A DNA stretch of 63,997 bases, the filler included, from an uncultured Myxococcia bacterium (GTDB lineage Bacteria > CAZTWC01): assembly GCA_964617105.1 (NCBI GenBank). It is 9 parts of 9 records of this genome, joined end to end, with 100 filler letters (N's around TTAATTAATTAA, not from the genome) between each part and the next. Parts side by side here need not be neighbours in the genome. Positions count along the whole stretch, not along the records: positions 57,074 to 63,997 come from CAZTWC010000206.1; 8 more parts are not named here. One strand, written 5' to 3'. This document shows, piece by piece, positions 60,300 to 63,997 of the stretch (its first letter is position 1; each line of letters begins with the position of its first letter). The notes beneath the pieces are model-generated. The model was not told the origin of the DNA. It saw only the letters and a program-made list of their open reading frames with translations, and made no database searches. The translations under genes were made by a program, and so were the position numbers.

Positions 60300-61160
60300 A
60301 TGGAAAAAAGTAACAAGGAATTAACTTTTGTTCAAAGTGGAAACTATTTAAAACTTAATGGTATTATCAATGAATATACTGATTTCGATGCTTTATTCGA
60401 TAAAATGGGAGATAAAATTATCATGGACCTGGGGGGGGTGGAAAAAGTAAATTCTTATGGAATTCGCTCCTGGATCAATGCTATAAACCGTTACCGAATA
60501 CAGATAGAGTATATCAAGGTTACTTCTGCTATTTTTGAACAGTTTTGTCTGGTAGACCAACTTACCGGGAATAACTCCTATATCTTTTCCTTCTTTTTAG
60601 AGTACTATTGCCTGGTATGTAATGAAAACTACCGGTTATTGGTCACTACTACCGATTTTATGACATATTTTCGCCAAAAAACCTACCCTGCGCCACCAAT
60701 TTGCAACTGTGGCCGTATTTACGAATTTGACGGAGATAAAGAGTTAATTGAGCATTATTTTTCCAAATTATATAACGAACCGGTATTTACGGTTACGGGA
60801 AATAATTTGGCTAACTTTTTAATGCCCCGAAAACCTTTTAATAGTTTTATTTCTCTGTTTAATAATCAAACGTTTAAAAATAGCCCCTATTTTTCAGCGG
60901 AAGATATTTCCAACGGAGGATTATTTGTTATTGCAGAGATTGTTCCCCAGGCAGGAGAGAAGGTTCAGATTGAATTTGAAATACCAGAAGGTGGCGGCAA
61001 GATCAAATGTGAATCAAAAGTGGCCTGGATCAGAGAAGAGCAATATACCCCCAAATATTTACCCAAAGGTTTTGGCCTCGAATTTATCGATATTCCCGCT
61101 CAAGATAAAGATAAACTTCAACAATATATCGATAAGTTCATCAAGGAATTTGCCGGGTAA
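60300..61160 (+). CDS. Protein with STAS-like domain, CxxC...CxCG zinc ribbon and C-terminal PilZ domain
   Basis: LNGIINE...DLGGVEKVNSYGIRSW; CLVC...CNCG; DISNGGLF...VAW...GFGLEF. Confidence 0.7.
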   Translation: MEKSNKELTFVQSGNYLKLNGIINEYTDFDALFDKMGDKIIMDLGGVEKVNSYGIRSWINAINRYRIQIEYIKVTSAIFEQFCLVDQLTGNNSYIFSFFLEYYCLVCNENYRLLVTTTDFMTYFRQKTYPAPPICNCGRIYEFDGDKELIEHYFSKLYNEPVFTVTGNNLANFLMPRKPFNSFISLFNNQTFKNSPYFSAEDISNGGLFVIAEIVPQAGEKVQIEFEIPEGGGKIKCESKVAWIREEQYTPKYLPKGFGLEFIDIPAQDKDKLQQYIDKFIKEFAG

Positions 61161-61211
61161 AAACTATCACCATTGCACTTGCAACGCAGTAGTCACGCTG
61201 CTATACACCAA

Positions 61212-61409
61212 TTAAAGTATTTTGCCGGTGGGTGACATATTATCCTCTGGCGGATTACCATGTTTTTTGGAATAAATTTTCCGTTCGCATGCTTCTGATT
61301 TGTCAAAATCATTACAGTATATTTTGATTATAGACTGGGCAATGGCCGGGTTGTTCTTGTAATAGACATTAAAAAACCCGCATTTTGGTAATTTTTCACA
61401 ATCAGCCAT
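61212..61409 (-). CDS. Small Cys-rich hypothetical protein
   Basis: MADCE....CGFF...YC...C.R...P pattern; AGGAG ribosome-binding site upstream. Confidence 0.65.
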   Translation of the reverse strand: MADCEKLPKCGFFNVYYKNNPAIAQSIIKIYCNDFDKSEACERKIYSKKHGNPPEDNMSPTGKIL

Positions 61410-61503
61410 TTTTTAGCTCCTTTTTAAATAATGTTTCATTACTTATGTTGACAATGTCAATACTATATAAATTATCAAACTGTTTTGGTTTATCTTAGAA
61501 ATT

Positions 61504-62523
61504 TTAGTAAGTTATACCCCATTTTCCTTTAAAAATATTCTTCTTATAATTGTAGACACCTCCTCCTTTAGGCCATTGTGCCAAATCAAAACTCTTTTTA
61601 AATATCATGGGACACATTTTTACTTTGCATCCCCAACGGTTACAGATCATGCCGCAGGGATGTTTAAACCGGCTGGAATTGGCCTCGGTAATCAATTTTA
61701 AGTACATTTTAATGGCCTTAACAGTGATGTCAGAACTAACTTTAGCAGCAGAGCGGTTTAGAAAAACATCAAAGCGGCCCAAATTAGGTAATTTAGCATC
61801 TAAAAAATTCAAAGTACTTTCTAAACCAGCCTTTAGGGACCAACCAGATATGTCATAACCAACTCCGCCAAAGGCCTTGCCCTGCACCAAAAGGTAAGGG
61901 GTCGATTCAAAATCACCATACATTAGATTTAGAAGGGGAGTAGCGCAAGCCTGGAAATGACTCTTAAAGCCCACACTGCCTACTACCGAGGCGGATACAT
62001 TGACCGGGACCGGCCCAATTGCAAAGTTGGCAGAGTATTTGTAAAACTGTTTGTTCTTTCTATAATTCCATTTGGCATATTTAAAGCACTTGCCACATTT
62101 AAATATTTGGGGCGTTTTATAGGTATGCCCCACAAATTTTACAGTTAAACCCTGGCGTTTGTTACAGGCCACTCTATAGGTTATATTGGTACTAAATATG
62201 TTTTTGTTGGCGCCAACTCTCTTACCGAAAACTTTGAAATATAACCAGACAGTTGAGTCAGCTCCGGTAATGGCATGGGTGTCATCAAGAGCCGCTTTAC
62301 CATCAATATACAATCGGTGACTGGCTCCAACATCATTACTCCCAACTCTTTTAGTGTACTCCCATTTACAAATAATTTGTTTATTAGCCGGGTCTTTAAC
62401 ACATACACCTGCCCATACAGCGCTAGCGCTAAAAAGGAAAAGAAGAGTAAAAAGTGTTACCCTGATTGCAGTAAAAGACCATTGGTTGCTCCCCCCACAG
62501 AGTAAAAAGAAAAATTGCCACAT
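61504..62523 (-). CDS. Secreted beta-rich protein, putative lipid-binding sheet partner of the upstream LLTP-like protein; start uncertain
   Basis: Signal-like segment ending ASAVWA; amphipathic strands FAIGPVPVNVSASVVGSVG and KAGLESTLNF; several Cys pairs. Confidence 0.55.
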   Translation of the reverse strand: MWQFFFLLCGGSNQWSFTAIRVTLFTLLFLFSASAVWAGVCVKDPANKQIICKWEYTKRVGSNDVGASHRLYIDGKAALDDTHAITGADSTVWLYFKVFGKRVGANKNIFSTNITYRVACNKRQGLTVKFVGHTYKTPQIFKCGKCFKYAKWNYRKNKQFYKYSANFAIGPVPVNVSASVVGSVGFKSHFQACATPLLNLMYGDFESTPYLLVQGKAFGGVGYDISGWSLKAGLESTLNFLDAKLPNLGRFDVFLNRSAAKVSSDITVKAIKMYLKLITEANSSRFKHPCGMICNRWGCKVKMCPMIFKKSFDLAQWPKGGGVYNYKKNIFKGKWGITY

Positions 62524-62566
62524 CTATAAAAATAGCAAAAATAAGTATAAATTTCAATCGGTCGTA

Positions 62567-63997
62567 TTACCGACCCCCCGTCATAATTTCAGAAGCCTCC
62601 TTGGCAACCTCTGGAATTGAAGAATTAGCCAGGTAGCTAAACAGAGGAACAACTTGCTCCCCTTTTTGCACTAAAGAGTGGATCGCCTTAATAACAACTA
62701 AGGCGGATCTCTCTTTACTAAATATTTCAATTAGTAATTGCACATAGTTAGGTGGCAAAAAGGCAAAACCAAGAGTATAGGCGGAAGAGGATCTGACTAT
62801 TTCACTGGGATCGGTCTTCAGCATGGTTAAAATAACCTGACCCGCCTTTAAAGATGGGATAAATCGAAGCGCATTAACCGCAGCCCCTCTAACCTCATGG
62901 TTAGTGCTCTGGGTGTACCTAATAATTAAATCCATATATTCCAGAGGAGCACTATTACCTAAAGCACTCAAAAGCCCTATTTGTTTCATTGGATCTTTGG
63001 CTGATTGCAGGTCTTGAGCCAATCTGGACAAGATCTCTTTTCTAGACTCGGGATGCTCTTTTTTCATGCTGTCGGCCATTTTGCCCAACATTAGAGATGC
63101 ATCTTCTTGTAAAGATGGATCCTGCCCATCAGAAGAGTAAATATCCATTAAAGGGTTCACATCATGAGGTTGGGGGGCAGTGATCTCTCCCATAGCCTGA
63201 ATTGCTTGGCTTCTGGTAGAAATATCCATGTTGTTGTCCAATACAACTTTAGATAACATCTGATGGGCTCCACTGTTTCCACTCTCCCCTAAGGCATCAA
63301 TAATGCTGTTGAGTGCAAAGCTATTGAGTTTCTCTTTTTGCTCCAACCATTTTTCCAAGTTAGTCAAAGTGTGCTGAGGGGCAGCCTTCATTAACACTTT
63401 GATATCTGAATAGATTTTGAAACCCTCTTTGGGACTAATCTCATTGGCCTGACTAACCTGCTTATAGAGATCTTCCATAGCAAGTTCAAACTGCTCCTTG
63501 TCAAAATAGTCACTCTGTTCCAGGGTGTCCATCATAGTGCTATCATCAACCGCTGCTGTGGAATCTGAAGGTCCATACAAATAAGAAGTTATTGCATCTT
63601 CAATATCTCCCAGAGATTTCTGGTCTAGATTAATAGTAGTACCCACACCAACAATCTCAACCCTATTGATATACTTCGTCTCCATACCTTCAGCGTCAAT
63701 CTCTAACTCTACCATCCCTTTGGCTTCACGGAGTAGACCAGAGGTGGTATGGTATTTACTAGAGATACCACCGTTGATGTTTATTTTTGCCTTTGAGAGA
63801 TCGAGAGCCTGATTTGCACCGTTTATTGTTCCCATAATTTTAATAACGTTAACAGGGGTTTTTTTAATAGAAACCAAATTGTCATTTTCCATCTCTTTAA
63901 CCATCTGCCAAGAAACTGTTGTAGTGCCTCCATCGTCAATCTCAACATCCCACACTTTGGCACCCGCTGATGGCGGTGATGGTAATAGCATCAAAGA
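62567..63997 (-). CDS. HEAT-repeat protein resembling the vitellogenin/MTP lipoprotein N-terminal (LLT) module; 5'-truncated
   Basis: Beta-rich region followed by an alpha-solenoid with DALGESG, A.LMLG.M, LLSALGNS and VRGAAVNALR. Confidence 0.6.
   Translation of the reverse strand, partial: SLMLLPSPPSAGAKVWDVEIDDGGTTTVSWQMVKEMENDNLVSIKKTPVNVIKIMGTINGANQALDLSKAKININGGISSKYHTTSGLLREAKGMVELEIDAEGMETKYINRVEIVGVGTTINLDQKSLGDIEDAITSYLYGPSDSTAAVDDSTMMDTLEQSDYFDKEQFELAMEDLYKQVSQANEISPKEGFKIYSDIKVLMKAAPQHTLTNLEKWLEQKEKLNSFALNSIIDALGESGNSGAHQMLSKVVLDNNMDISTRSQAIQAMGEITAPQPHDVNPLMDIYSSDGQDPSLQEDASLMLGKMADSMKKEHPESRKEILSRLAQDLQSAKDPMKQIGLLSALGNSAPLEYMDLIIRYTQSTNHEVRGAAVNALRFIPSLKAGQVILTMLKTDPSEIVRSSSAYTLGFAFLPPNYVQLLIEIFSKERSALVVIKAIHSLVQKGEQVVPLFSYLANSSIPEVAKEASEIMTGGR

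Noticed and set aside
1235-62620. Numerous antisense or nested ORFs in the track (for example 1235..1834, 29405..30022, 43070..43498, 52030..52389)
   Set aside because: They are shadows of well-supported genes with no recognisable motifs
1-63997. Alternative genetic code with general UGA readthrough
   Set aside because: Other genes end normally at TGA (for example secE and selA), and tRNA-Trp has a CCA anticodon

Overview
This window is not contiguous DNA. It is nine ~7-kb contigs of a draft bacterial genome (probably a MAG), sorted by decreasing length and joined by 100-bp linkers (44 N + TTAATTAATTAA + 44 N), so adjacency across linkers means nothing. RpoB, FHA-sigma54 and PilZ proteins suggest an AT-rich, anaerobic deltaproteobacterium or Myxococcota-like organism (inference). 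Contents: (1) FHA-EBP, lptCAB, rpoN, hpf, hprK, rapZ; (2) membrane GT-like gene, MBOAT, and a PaaK-like ligase / homocitrate-synthase-like / aconitase-large-subunit operon; (3) tRNAs, tuf (about 34 nt missing), rpmG, secE, nusG, rplKAJL, rpoB; (4) polysaccharide locus; (5) 2-oxoacid:ferredoxin oxidoreductase with hdrA-mvhD-hdrD-hdrA, where both HdrA genes have an in-frame UGA in CxxU followed by a covarying SECIS-like hairpin; (6) toxin-antitoxin remnant, palindromic repeat elements, an apparently dead dihydropyrimidinase homologue, CoA transferase, nusB, ribH; (7) RfaH-like factor, sialidase-like gene, vapBC, glycan genes; (8) lysAC, rsmA, rhomboid, selA; (9) STAND/TPR protein, larA, PilZ protein, and a two-gene module resembling a split vitellogenin/MTP-type large lipid transfer protein. 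Best leads: the LLTP-like pair, the paired selenoprotein HdrAs, the covarying ~130-bp palindromic element, and the CRMP-like pseudoenzyme. Family assignments come from motif recognition; no searches were run.
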